NCBI RefSeq assembly: GCF_040938485.1
Contig: NW_027272213.1
Location: 372,001-436,000, forward strand
DNA length: 64,000 bases
Source: Diadema antillarum
Taxonomy: Eukaryota
Direction of reading: 5' to 3'
Positions 25,940 through 39,518 of this stretch are shown piece by piece. The notes under the pieces are model-generated. The model saw nothing but the letters and a program-made list of their open reading frames with translations. It had not been told where the DNA came from and searched no databases. Within the stretch, counting starts at the first letter, position 1, and each line of letters opens with the position of its first letter. Position numbers and translations under genes: made by a program.

Positions 25940-27923
25940 ATTATATACAAAGTTTATCACGCTCCTAAAATGGGACGAGCATTTAGGAGATTACGTCTCT
26001 ACTAGTCACTTTGATCAAGCCTATATACTCCATGCATAATGGAATCACACACAATAATCTGATAAGATCGAACGGTGACGTTTTCCTGAGGAAGCTAACT
26101 AAATTGGTTGTCGCGAGCCTGATTTTGGGTCGATAAAATACAATTTTACCATTATACGGTAGGAAGACATTGGTGAGAGAGGGCCTTACTCTTGTGAGTA
26201 TGCGGGTTAGGCCTATAATATACCCTTTAAACATTCAACGATATATTTCATATATCCATCAGTATTATATGGTAATATTTTCAAGACAGAGAATTCTATG
26301 TCCATGTAGACACCATTAAGAATATGTTGCTAGATCGATCTGAAGGCCTATATTCCACACTCTTGGCTTTGGAGATGATTCCATGGAAGACCCTATTATA
26401 CTCCTGAGTATACACCTATGACATTGTTTAGCTATACGTACCGTTCAATTCCGTGATGAGAAGCTGGGAAAAAATCAACATTAGCGAAACGAAGAGTCCC
26501 TGCTTTCGCATGTTTGCACACTCTACAGCTCGTGGATTTCATGCGAAGAAGACAGATGAGTCGCAGAGCCTATAATAATGGCGCAGACGAGCGCCGTCTC
26601 AGCTTTCCAGTGCCTTCTGTGTCCTATCAAGGGTTTGTGAACTAATCCAGGTATTCGTCTTTCCTAATATATGCACTCAAGCGTCAGAAAAATTGGATCG
26701 GGACATCAGGTGGATATGGACCAACATTATTACTTTCCTCCACTCGCTGTACAGCGTCAACGGACAGTATAATACGAATCCGCAAATATAGGCCTCTTCT
26801 CGAGGCCTTGAGGGCACCGCTTTAGGTCAAAGGTTGAAGTCAAGTGAAAATGCTAGAATTTCACTTTTATAATAATTACATATCTCGGAATGGCTCAAGG
26901 TATCTTCTTGATGTAATATTTTAGTGTTTTGGCGTTGTATTGAGATCATAATTATTCTGTCGTAATTATGCGCAACTATAGCAATGGGAATTCTGCTAAG
27001 ATAACTTCGTTATTTATTTTTCTGTGCAATTATACTTTAATATGTTTGATATTCAAGTTATATATTTTCACAGATATATTTTTACGATATTCCTTTGAAT
27101 ACAACTCAATATTCTGTATCGTTTGAAAGTGATTTGCATAATTACTATGTTATGATTTGTACATGGCAACCATCATACGGATCAGGTGTAAGCCAGAATC
27201 CTTTTATCCAGTAGATAGCCACATGCTGTGATTATATGACTATAAACTTCAATTTGACGAAAACAATGTAGATGTTTTCATCATCTTTAACCAACGCTTC
27301 ACACGTTTGTACACACTAATGAATGTTTTCTTTTTGTTCAACTTGGTATGCATAAATGTTTCCAAACGCCACAATCAGGATATTTTATTATTCACTGTTA
27401 TGTTAATATAGCACTATCATGCAGAGCTATCTTACTAATGTTTATTACAGTACACATGCATACAATGTACTATATCTCCATGCCATAATAGTTCAAGTAT
27501 ATTGTGGTCTCATTTTTTCTTAAGTGCAATGATTCCATTTTCATGTGATTTATATATGTTCTATAATGCAAGTCATTAAGATGTTACATCGGTGATTGGT
27601 ATCTTCTTTTTTTTTTTTACATATCATGATATAATTATGAGAGGGCAAGGTGAGCGAGCACGCGTGTATGTAAGCTTGTGAGAAGTCGAGTGTGTATACA
27701 TTGCGGATTCTTTTTTTATAAGCTATAGTGTGTGCATGTGGTGTGTGTGTATGTGCGTTCGAAAATGCGAGTTGGTGAGCTCGTTATAGTTCGAACAAAA
27801 ATATTCATAAGTGTTCGATGTATGAACTTTTAATTGTTATGAAAACTCATGTGCACTCATGCAATAAGTGCACTCATGTGTTATTCAACTTCTGCTTGCC
27901 ATGCATGCATTGAGTAAAGACCA

Positions 27924-28104
27924 NNNNNNNNNNNNNNNNNNNNNNNNNNNNNNNNNNNNNNNNNNNNNNNNNNNNNNNNNNNNNNNNNNNNNNNNNNNNN
28001 NNNNNNNNNNNNNNNNNNNNNNNNNNNNNNNNNNNNNNNNNNNNNNNNNNNNNNNNNNNNNNNNNNNNNNNNNNNNNNNNNNNNNNNNNNNNNNNNNNNN
28101 NNNN
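27924..28104. other. N-gap (181 N)
   Basis: Seen directly. Confidence 0.98.
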
Positions 28105-29141
28105 TGAATCAGGTTTTGGAAAATCGCCAGGTTCTTACAACGCGATGAGAAACCGGTCGGTGTACAATAATAAGTCGGTGTATACACACACACACACACA
28201 CACACAGTTCTGGAGGAAAAACATATCAAGAATAAAACTGTCCGAGCCCTGCCACCTTTCAATGTATTCCGATTTACCAGAGTTGGACTTATAATATAGT
28301 AAAAATGGGACTCCGTTCTCAAGCCAGCAAGGTTATACAGAACGTTGTTATTGATTCAGCTGGGTCCTAATAATATACTTGTACTGCAGTTCGCCTATAC
28401 AGAGACTAAGGTGGCAACTACACCGGGGTACAAGGATGCCCATAGAGCATACAATCTTAATTTTAATTAGTGCATGTCTTCGAATGAATTGCATTTGTGT
28501 GAAAACAAACAAACAAACAAACAAACAAACAAACAAACAAACAAACAAACAAACAAACAAACATGTATTCATGAATTAGAACATAATTTCAGGACCTGTA
28601 TACGTAATAGTAGCAGTAAGACAGATAGCAACCATGAGACGTAAATTTACAATATAGCAGAGGAAGAATGAATCACAATCATCACGTGAACAGCGTGGCG
28701 CCTCGCACAATATATGGACCAATATAGCGACCATACGCCACGCCACATGTGAGGTGCTTTACGAAACCGTCTTAGATGCGATGTGTGCACCCCTCATCGC
28801 AGGGGTGAGCTCCTGACGGGGTCAATGTAGTTTGAAGGCACAAACCCTTGTTGGTCGTAAATAAATCTGTACAAAGCATCTCTTTCATATTTCCTCGATC
28901 CTCTGTAGGTGCTCTTGTTAGGAGAGACATCCAGGGTTTGTGCCTACAAACTATTGTCAATGGGGTCAAAGGGCGATCATTCCCCCCCCCCCTTCGATCC
29001 AGCGGAAAATTTTGAGGGCAGAACCCCGATTGTTGTCCTTTGTCAGTTTTTTTTTTGTCAGTTTTGCTTTCCATTTCTTATGAAAGTTAGAAAAAGCATG
29101 TATGTGGTGTGTGTGTGTGCGTGTGTGTGTGAGTGTGTGTG

Positions 29142-29175
<34 letters not shown>

Positions 29176-29364
29176 CACGCGTCGTATATCAAGGGAGAGG
29201 GCTATGGCTCCTGTCTGTGAGAGCAGTAGGTGCCTACTGTTGTCCAATGTTAGATTAAAATTATATAGCACAGCGAATGTCATATTGTTTGTGTTTTGGT
29301 TTCGTATTCCTAAGCCTTACAAACTACATTCTACCGACGATCAATGCTAAATAATGTACATGAT

Positions 29365-29533
29365 CAGGGGCGGATCCAGGAATTCTCTAAAGGGGGGTGG
29401 GGGGCGTGACTAATATTTCTGGTGCCACTTCCGGGTTTCATTTCATTTTTTTCTTTTTATTTCTTTTGTTTTTAACGAAAAATAAGGGGGGGGGGGCGTG
29501 CGCCGGTTGCGCCCCCCTCTGGATCCGCCACTG
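29365..29533. mobile_element. MITE with CAG(G/T)GGCGGATCC termini
   Basis: TIR CAGGGGCGGATCCAG / CTGGATCCGCCACTG; ATGAT on both sides; empty site in unit A (about 14450). Confidence 0.85.
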
Positions 29534-29773
29534 ATGATTGTTGGGGCCATGAGCGAAGAGGAAGAGGCTTGTTGACATGGGATTCAAAAGAAATTGCAAT
29601 ATTATTTAGGACCCATCTCAAAACCAGGAATAACTCGAGTTGTGGACTAACATTAGATAAACTCCCCAGTATGCAGAGTAATCTAGAGGAAAATAAAAAA
29701 ATGACACGCCTATTCATGATACTGAGAAGGGTCATGCAATGTCTCAGCTGAGCATGTGCAGTGGAATCATGTA

Positions 29774-29935
29774 CAGGGGCGGATCCAGGGAGGACCGCAA
29801 CCGGCGCACGCCCCCCTTTATTTTTTGTTGAAACAAAAGAAATAAAAAGAAAAAAATGGGGGAGGGGTGCGTGCGCCACCCCTTTAATTTTTGTAAACGT
29901 GCCCCCTCTTTACGGAATTCCTGGATCCGCCCCTG
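29774..29935. mobile_element. Second copy of the same MITE family, opposite orientation
   Basis: TIR CAGGGGCGGATCCAGG / CCTGGATCCGCCCCTG; flanks ATGTA / ACGTA; absent in unit A. Confidence 0.85.
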
Positions 29936-30265
29936 ACGTACGTGTACGTGTTTCTATCTATATGTGTATTACTTGATTGTTTATGTGCTATATTCAATAT
30001 TTCTGCATATCCCCATGCCATCATGAGGGTTGCCCATATAAAAACAAAACAAGAACGAACAAACAAACAAACAAACATTTGAGTCTTCTGCTCGAGTACT
30101 TTCCATAAATGATAGATTCTAAATAGGGTAATCATACTAGTACAAGTGTATTACTATCTTGGCTGCCAGGGGGCAGATAACAAGTACGTGTATGTAGTAT
30201 TATAGAATATAATGACATGAGATACATGCAAACATATACATATACAGTGTACATAATCATATACC

Positions 30266-30443
30266 NNNNNNNNNNNNNNNNNNNNNNNNNNNNNNNNNNN
30301 NNNNNNNNNNNNNNNNNNNNNNNNNNNNNNNNNNNNNNNNNNNNNNNNNNNNNNNNNNNNNNNNNNNNNNNNNNNNNNNNNNNNNNNNNNNNNNNNNNNN
30401 NNNNNNNNNNNNNNNNNNNNNNNNNNNNNNNNNNNNNNNNNNN
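30266..30443. other. N-gap (178 N), homologous to the AT-rich low-complexity tract at about 14990-15400
   Basis: Seen directly; flanks align to unit A. Confidence 0.95.
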
Positions 30444-31545
30444 CTAGGCTGAAAATTGCTATCCATATTCCATCCCTATTCAATTAAGTAAATCACTCTA
30501 CTCTCAATTCATCTTCCATTTGTAGAGATTATGAGGCAATACTTTACCACAAAAAACTGACAGCAGTAGATATTTCATCCAATGTAAATACAATGGATGC
30601 AAAAATTCCCAGTTACTGTCATTATTATAATTAATGGTATCATGCTACATACTGTATTATCATCAGTAGCAGTACTAGCATTATTATAATTCGACAGATC
30701 TTTGAGACTTTCCCTCCCCTGATTTCTTTGTTGTTGATTTTTCCCTCGACTTGTGAGCTAAAACCTTCCAATATAGTATGAGCCTTCAAAACTCTACCCC
30801 ATTCTGTACATACTTGCAAATGAGTGCAATATGCTAGCGTACTCTCAACTTGAAGCATTGTTCCTTTTGTTTTGTACTTCTGATATGACTCAAAACCTGT
30901 TATTTCCCAGCTTGCTTAGTCCACGTAATATTGTACCATTACATCATGTAGAATGTAGAACATAACTCCATATCGATAGGAAAGCAAAAAACTGAAGACT
31001 GCTGTGAAATGTTTGTACACCTTTAATTCAATGACAAGGAATACATACTAACAACTGATAAAAGATATACATGTACTACTAGCATCACTTGAAAGACTGA
31101 TATACCAATATTCTTGAAAATATCTTCATTTATTTGCCAAAGTACTGATTGTTCAATGCGTAACCATAACACACAAATATAAAGTCACATTAATCAATGT
31201 TTTTCTAGCATGATGGCTGAATTTTCATGAGGTGTTGAATTCAAATTCTCAAATGAAATGGAACCAGGAACTCAAACTGACTGAATTGGCACACGCTACA
31301 TGATGCAAGGCAACCATAATGTTTATTCATTGCAAGATATGTAACAAATGAACTTGACAGGACTGATACCTGGTAAAATATATCACCTACTATTATTAGA
31401 GTACTGTTGATGTTACAAACTTAAGCAAACTGTCTAGACATAAGTTTTTTATATAAACATGTAGTACTGTAATATCAGGGAGGCAGGACTCTATCTCCAT
31501 GGTAACATCACTTCCTGCGGGCTAACATCTCACAGAATACCAATA

Positions 31546-34500
31546 TCAATTTCTGCTGGCCAGGACCGGTTGGGAGTAGCGCCATCCATTTTGTAACTCT
31601 TGACTCAACTTCTTCACCAAGTCCTTATACTCGCTTTCATCTGCCACATTGTTGTCCTCCAGTGGGTCCACACCTCTGATGTAAAGCTCCCTCGCTTTCA
31701 CATCCGACCAATCAGCTTTGATCGTGGTGCCGTTGAATCCGACCCATTCTGTGTAGTGGTAGTCTTCAGTCAGCATGGAATAACCCATGACGGTGATGAT
31801 CTCTAGGTTTGGCAGGTCTGTGTAGACGCTTGGGGTCATCCCTGGCCGGGGATACTGGCTGAAGGTAGCATTCTTCCATCTGGAGAACTCTTGCTTGATC
31901 TCTTGTCTGCTGTGTGCCTTTACAAGGGGTGCAAAACTGTTCCCTTCTGCACAGAAGTCCACCTTGAATGGCTGTGGAGGGCAAACAGGTGGCACCTTCA
32001 GCCCAGCTAGCTCAGAAAGACTTGGAAACATGTCCACCAGTTCTACCAGGTCTTCGACCGCCACTCCAATATCACCCTTTAATTGTCTCTTTTGTTTTGT
32101 TGCAATTTTAGATGATAGCTTTGATTTCTCCCTTCTCTCCTTGGTAGCAAGCTCAAAGGGGTCTCTAAGAGGGAATTTCCTCTTTGAACGCTGATAGTTC
32201 GTGTCTGTCATCCCAGGAACGTGAACCATCAGAGGCACTCTTGTTGCCACTTCAAAGTTGGAATACTTGCACCATTCCCCATGCTCACCTAGTTGCCAAC
32301 CTGTGAGATTGTTGACAGCATGTAATCATATAAATGCTGAAATATAGGAATACATTGCTCATGTTAATTAATATTTCCATCAAACTTGGGAGAAAATCTC
32401 TGTGCATCATGAGCCAAAGCCAACCAACGTGTAGAGAGTTATTTATACAGTGGAAACTCGATATAACGAGATGGTCGGGACAGAATCATTTTCCTCGTTA
32501 TAGCCGATATCTCGTTATATCAGTAGGCATAAAAGAAGGCATAAAATAAAGACATTAATTTGCACATGTGGGACTACCCATCATATTTCAATCAATACTG
32601 ATAACTTGATATTGTGTGTGAGGGAATTACTCACCTTTATGGGTAAGAAGATGTTTTTCGCCAAGGAAATCCAATATCAAGAATGTGTTTCTTATTAATT
32701 GTAGATGTTTGAATTTGTAAATTTATATAGCTTGCGATTGTATCATGATTGTCTGTGGATTGGTATGTGGTTATCGTATGGGTGTGTGTTGTGTGGAAAG
32801 CTTGAATATGGTCTGCACAATGCTGTGTGTGTTTGTGACACATTCTGTATGTACATTATGACTGCGTGTGTGTGAAGACGGGGAATTCCCTAAGTAGAAG
32901 GCCAATCACAGCATCAGATTGCCTCACACCTGCTAGCGTCATGATGATGTCATGTATACATATGGCCGTCCCACCACATTTTCTGCATGTATCAGTGTGC
33001 GTGCACACACACACTTCACACGTACAATATGCAGTGCTAGCTGGAGTGCACTGAAGAAAATGATTATGTGTATACAAGACAGTTTTTGGCGCATCAAGCT
33101 TTACAATCTCGGAAGATGATAGCACAGGCGAAGTAAAGCGTTACCGAAGGCATTTTGCTTTACCTCGCTATAGCAGGTTTGATTTACTATGTTTTTCTTT
33201 GTTTGGAAGTCACAAAATTTATCTCGCTATAGCAGTTATTTCGTTATAGCCGATCTCGCTATAAGAGTAGCATTTTACATTGACTTGTGTGGAAGGAAAT
33301 TTGGGACTGAGAAAATTTCCTCGTTATAACCGATATCTCGTTATAGCAGTGTTCGTTATACCGAGTTTCCCCTGTATTGGGTGTCAGATCACTCTACACC
33401 AAGTGTAGAGCATATAGATCTGTGTAGATCTGTAATGTGTAGACACCAAGTGTAGATCTGTAATGCACATTTCTTGCCCATGGCTTTTATGAGTATGAAA
33501 ATGATGATCATTTTGTTTCTCTTAGCTTGAAAAAGAAATGCTATTTACCTGCTGAAAAATTTCGGTACTGACATAATTTCATCAATACAAGTACACTCAT
33601 ACCGACAGCTTGGATTTTGGCTATTATCTGAAGATGCACTCACCTTTCACCAATAGGCAGTGAACTTTTGTCAAAGCCTTAACTGTCACATATTTTACTT
33701 TCTGACATTTCAAGCCACAAATTCTTTGAGAATTTTTATTTTGTCATTGTTTATTCATTTGGCCAGTCATAGCCAATTTCTACAAATTTGTTGATAGGAA
33801 GTCCCAGAAATGCAGAATTATACCTTCAACTATGACCCACCCACTCTCTCTCAAACAGATAAGAATATCAAGATCATCATAACAAGTTTTCTGTGCTATT
33901 ACAGATCCACACAACATCACTACTTACAGTACACTCCCATTATAACGAACACGGTTACAATGAAACTCCGGTTAGTGAAAATTCACTCCGCAACAGTATA
34001 CACACTATGTATTCTTAATTGTTTATTTGTTCGGTTATAATGAAATTTCGATATAACAAAAGAAAACTGCCAGTCCCGAGGACTCCGTTATGACAGGAGT
34101 GTACTGTATCAAAAAATACACCCACAAACAATGAGACATGAATTTGTAATACACACAAGTATATTGTGCATATGAAAAACTTCAACTTGATGGCTTCCGT
34201 AAGTGTGAGAATTGAGAACAACAATATCTAAGTGCTAATTTTATGCATATAATCTCTTCAAAGCATTATAGTCTCACCATGGTCTCCCACAAAAGAGATG
34301 ATGGTGTTGTTGGCAAATCCAGCCTCTTCCAGACCTTGGAGAACTCGGCCCAACTCGTAGTCAACGAAGGTTGATGCAGCATAATAACTCTGTCTCATCA
34401 AAGCCTGCACAGAGGCAGAAAAGAATATTAAGTTATTGATGTTAAGATGGACACAGTTATGATTTTCTTGTGTTGTCAGCAATGGCATTCCTGAGCAGTT

Positions 34501-37500
34501 AGAAATGTAAACTGTATGAATTGTGAACTGTATGAAGCAATAATGCAAATATGCATCATATTAGACTTGACATAACGGAAACTGTCCTCTACTTGCATGC
34601 CTTTATAACTCTCCTAAGATATTAGAAAATACCCCCCCCCAAAAAAAACAAAAACACAAAAAACAAACAAACAAACAAACAAACAGCACAACAACAACAA
34701 CAGCAACAATGCACTCTCAAAGAACACTGAATTGATTACGCTATCAAATCGTGACAATATTACTGGTTTTTTTTTTCTATTTTTCTTGTTCATGTTGAGA
34801 AGCATGTATTGTGTGATATATCACCCTGGTAGCTCACATGAAGTAGTGTCCACATGCAGCCTATGGCTTATGGACAGCAGAGAACTGAGGCTGGCATTAG
34901 GGAGGACCACTCACATGGTGGTCATCTGGAATGAGACCGTACGGAAAGCTGAGGTTCATGGCTTTCATATCATCTCTCTGTCTGGCTGTGAAGAAGTCTT
35001 CCCAAGCCACGCTGGGCAGTTTGGCCGGAATCTGCCTGTTTGGGGCGATCTCCACAGATTCCAGGGGGTACAGGTCGCGGAACTCTTCGGGATACTTCCA
35101 GTTCAGGTGTGGCTTCCTGAAACCAACTGCCAGGAAGAAAGGCGAATCCCAGGTGGGTGAATCTGGTGAAGAATTTTTCCTGTAAGAGTCCAAATATTAA
35201 TCATCATTCAAACCTGAGCACACAAATACATGTACATATGTATGTAATGTTTTATTGTGCATCTTAGCATGAGAATGTTTACATGATATGCTACTGCTCA
35301 GTCTGTTGTTACACATAAACAATGGAACTATGTAAATTTGTATGAAAACTTTTTTTTTTTCACAATCTCACATATAGTGTAAATGACTAGATATTTGATT
35401 CACCACAACAGCAAAAATAGTTCTACCGGATAAATGCATCATACCACTTCAGCCTTTATGAACACTGTTATACTTGAGTATTAGTGAGAAGGTGATTAAC
35501 ATTTTTAGCTGTAAAATAGAGAGTGATAAAGAGAATGTTGAGCCTCACCTGGCAGCAGACAAGTTAGCCAGGATCTCCAAGGCTCTCTCAGTGGTCTGAA
35601 GATCTGGAAGGGAATGTTCAGGCATCCTAGACACGTTGACTGGACACACCACATTGTTGTGAAGTTTTCCATCTTCTGAGGGACACACCTATTATCAGAC
35701 AAATTAAAGGGCAATGATATTTGGCCGCAATAATTACAGAGCGTTTGTTGTGCATTATTTATGTACATGTGCGTGCCTCTGTGTGTGCATAAGGATTTAC
35801 AGATTAATAGGGACAAAAGATAGAACAGAGCACAAGTGTATCCTCAGATATAACCTACAACCATTTGTTTGCATCTTCTTCCTTGAATGATTATGAAACA
35901 ATGATTTAGTCTAATTCAAATAAAACAAACAAACAAACAAACAAACAAACAAACAAACAAACACACAAACAAACATATGTGCATATCCCGAGTTCAAGAA
36001 TGAATACATTTTATGTGTGGTTGCATTACTTTGTTTTCATAAGTTCTTTATTATATACATGTATAGCCTTCATTGGAAACATTTGCTTACCTTGGCATAC
36101 ACATACTTCTCTGTAGAAGCATGGTAGGGAGGAATAGACCAGCTGTATGGGAAGTCATCTGTTCCATTGGAAGCTACACCTGTATTTCCAGTGAAATCAA
36201 AGGATATCTTGACATTCCACACACAGACACTGCATTGGACAATGCATCTTATAAAGTTATATTGCACTTAATGGATTAGTAGCATGTATCTATGTGAAAT
36301 TAAATTTTCAGCAGAAATCATAAATGCTAGTTTGAAGCATATGTGCTGAGTAAACATCACTTGAATGATTTGTTAACAGTGATAGATCTATAAAGAATCA
36401 CTGCAATAAATGACATGTGAAAGTCTATTGATACGATATGTAATTCATGAGCTATTAGTATCATCATAGACAACAGTGACGGATCATGGGGGAGTGCACC
36501 GGATGCCCCCTTTTATTTTTTGTTAAAACAAAACAAAACAAAACAAAAATGGGGGGGCATATGCACCTCCACTTTAATTTTTTAAAGGTGTCCCCCTCCC
36601 CCCTTTTACAGAATTCCTGGAAACGCCCTTGTAGAAAGTAAGCTAAATTTGATAAGATGCATTATATCTTACAGACTTGGTATGGGGATACCATGCAATG
36701 GGAAAGCTAATCTGACTCAAATATATTCAAGCATCCCAGGAATAAATTGTGAATAACTTTATCACTGATCTCTATGTAATTACACAAGTAGCCAAAGAAC
36801 ACCAATGAGAGCATGCTTCCATGCACATATTCATGAACAGGCAAGTCTATTCCAACAGGCCGACAATGGCCATGGTTTTTTAATGTACAGATATTCAGGG
36901 GGGCATTTCATGAAGGAACTTGTCGGATAAAATATCAGACAAGTCAATTATATCCGACAAGTTTTGAGAAATTCTTTAGTCTGATTGGCTGATTTCTCTG
37001 AACTTGTCGGATATAAATGACTTGTCGGACATTTTATTCGACAAGTTCCTTCATGAAACGCCCCCCAGATGGCAGCGAAAGAAGACTGATTCAATCAGGC
37101 CAGCCTTATCTCTCCACACTACAAAGATTTTAACCCATTGAGGACGGACTGATTTTGCTACAACAGGGATTTCCCATAGACACCTGTCTGAGTACACTTG
37201 GGACTCGTCCTCAACGGTTCAAGAGAAAAAGACTGATTCGATAAATTGGCAGAAAACTTTTGTGTTTCATTTGGTTTGGGATGTCTCTACTTAGAGAAGC
37301 ACAGAAGACAATTTTCAAAACATTGAGACTTTGATTTACATGTAGGTAGTCACAATCCATTTGTGACTGCTGACTATGTCCACATGCTGAATCTGAGTTT
37401 CGAAAACAAAAACAACAACAAAACCCTTCCTAGTTTAATAGTAAATATACCTGGATGAAAAACCTTGCCAACTGATGCAGTAAAGTAACCATTTTCCTTG

Positions 37501-39382
37501 AAGTGTTGAGGGAGAGTGGTGTAGTTTCCTGCGAAGGTTCTCCAGTAGAAGCCAAAGTCATAGAGTTTGGTTGTGTCTGGTCTGCGTCCTGTCAAAAATG
37601 AGATTCGGCTTGGGCCACAGACAGCTTGCTGAAATTTAAAAAAAAAAACCACCCAAATGAAAAATAATCAGTTTGACAACCGATATCTCATCACTGTGCA
37701 TATCAGTTGCAATATGTATTTCCTGTGTACTGTAGGCCTATAATCCTACCTCCCCTCCCTCACCACCATAAAAAGAAAAATGACAATAAAAGAAAAAAAT
37801 GCAGATCAACAGACTGTATTCAAAAACTATGATCCACAAAAATCATGATAGACTTATTGTACATTGTATATACCCACCAATGCAAGTGGATTGAAAGTCA
37901 GCTTTTCTTTTTTTGTGTACCGAGAACTTTAATTTAGAGAAGCTTCCAAAGATCTTTATTTGATTGAGTGTGTGTTTGGGCATGCACTTCTTGACCTTCT
38001 GATTTAGTTCATCAAGCCATTTTTTTTTTAACCTGCCTATGATGGAGATGCTGTAATGCAGACAATATTTTTGATAGAAATGAATAAATATCTTCACCCC
38101 AGTTATACATGCAACACATTACCTGCACAAAGGCATTGTTGAAGACTGCAGATTGGGAAGCCAGTTGGTCAAGGTTTGGGGATATAATTGGACCACCATA
38201 GCAATTCAGCGATGCTCGTAGATCATCAGCAACTATGAACAGCACATTTGGTTTTGAGTTTGACGCTTCTCCTGGAAAAGCAATGAGAAACGTGTTTTAA
38301 CCATTTTTGCAAGATTGGTTAACAAACTTTAACTTCCTTAATAAAAAAAACACCCTTGGTATATTGAAGCATGGTTGCAGCAGCTTACACAATGTCATGT
38401 CAAAGAAAACACTCTGTCTCTGTCATATGAAATATGGTGGAGTACAACGTATCTGAGCAGAGCAACTAATTCGACATTCTAGAGCACTGCAACTTTATTT
38501 AAAGACCAAGGGGGAAAAAAAGCAAATCTCACTTTCAATATCTCATCTGATGCTTTAATATACAACAAATTTCATCAATTTTACTAGGGTCTACACCAAT
38601 TGTAGAAGTTCAGGACACCACCACAGCTCAGCCACACTGACATGACCACAATAGGGTAAAATTTACTGGTACATGTAGTTGATAGATGTGCAGGGGGGCG
38701 GATCCAGGAATTCGTGGTAAAGGGGGAAGGGGCGCAAAAAAAAAAAATTCTGGTGCCACTTCCAGGTTTAATCAGCTGACAAGCAAAAAAAAAAAAAAAG
38801 AAAAAAGAAAAAAGAAAAAGCCTCACATACTTTTTTTTGTGTCTTTTTTGTCAAGCGTCATTCTTTTAACTTTGTGCCAATAATCCAAGGAAATACTCTT
38901 CTTCCTGGTGGTGAGCAACCACAAAACAACTAGGCCTAGATCTCAGCCCCATCTAGTTTGTGTCACTCATGGTTTACTATTATTAGAACTAGATTTTCAA
39001 TATATGTCACTTTCAAATTTAAATTGTTGAATTGGATGTCTACGGGCCGGACGAATCAGTCAACATGGACTAAAAGGAGGTCGGCATATGTATATAAATT
39101 CATAAATAACCATCAATCATAGCTAGTACTAGGTAGTAGAGACTAGAGTAGTAAACATGGTAAATAGTAGGCAGCACGGTCATTTCCTGTTCCCTGTAGT
39201 TTGTGTCTTCCATAATATTTGGCTTTGCCTTTATACTGCCTTGGCTTTTAAGTTTTATCTCATTTTGCCGAGGGTAAATGAATAAATAAATCGTTACCTC
39301 TCCTGGTAAGTAACAGTATGAAAGGAATGACGAAGTACTGGTATCTTGAAAGGATCATCCTGTCCCTGGTTGCAGAAGACAT
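31546..39382 (-). CDS. IDS: Iduronate 2-sulfatase-like, copy C (complete, 8 coding exons, 595 aa)
   Basis: Exons (minus): 39382-39298 (85), 38271-38123 (149), 37628-37451 (178), 36179-36091 (89), 35688-35549 (140), 35179-34915 (265), 34404-34278 (127), 32300-31546 (755); total 1788 nt, all GT-AG and phase-consistent. N-terminal hydrophobic signal, [49 protein letters not shown]. Confidence 0.95.
32448..33374. mobile_element. pogo/Tigger-like non-autonomous element in the last intron of IDS-C
   Basis: TA-CAGTGGAAACTCG ... CGAGTTTCCCCTG-TA; repeated CTCGTTATA(A/G)C subterminal motifs. Confidence 0.8.
33927..34106. mobile_element. pogo-like MITE, CAGTGCACTCC family
   Basis: TA-CAGTACACTCC...GGAGTGTACTG-TA; related copies at 52793-53018 and 54290-54808. 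Confidence 0.8.
36474..36631. mobile_element. Degenerate copy of the 29365/29774 MITE family (another partial copy starts at 38691)
   Basis: CAGTGACGGATCA...TTCCTGGAAACGCCCTTG with the same internal layout. Confidence 0.6.
36899..37065. mobile_element. PIF/Harbinger-type MITE
   Basis: TIR GGGGGCATTTCATGAAGGAACTTGTCG / CGACAAGTTCCTTCATGAAACGCCCCC; 3-bp CAG target duplication on both sides. Confidence 0.85.
37134..37222. mobile_element. piggyBac-like MITE (inverted, truncated relative at about 56568-56642)
   Basis: TTAA-CCCATTGAGGACG ... CGTCCTCAACGGTTCAA. Confidence 0.7.
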
Positions 39383-39460
39383 TGTCCAGAGGAAGTGAAG
39401 CAAGAAGCTCAGCACTCAGCAAACGCACGTCGTTGCACCTTGGTTCGTGTTGCCAACGAT

Positions 39461-39518
39461 GTGTCACGTGACACTAGATGCATCATGTGACACGAATCTG
39501 AGTACACTGTCACGTGAT
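39461..39518. promoter_or_regulatory. Cluster of CLEAR/E-box motifs upstream of IDS-C, between IDS-C and IDS-D
   Basis: GTCACGTGAC at 39463-39472 (inside the 14-bp palindrome GTGTCACGTGACAC), TCATGTGAC at 39483-39491, GTCACGTGAT at 39509-39518; 80-136 bp from the IDS-C ATG. GTCACGTGAC is the known TFEB/MITF CLEAR consensus of lysosomal genes. Confidence 0.7.

Larger units (their letters stand above)
15636..30646. repeat. Tandem segmental duplication, unit B (carries IDS-B)
   Basis: Colinear with 3809-15635; longer because of several transposon insertions. Confidence 0.9.

Noticed and set aside
29569-29751. 60-aa ORF whose frame is also open in unit A (about 14490-14663)
   Set aside because: No ATG or splice context, no recognisable domain, and the A/B differences are mostly amino-acid changing, so there is no sign of purifying selection.
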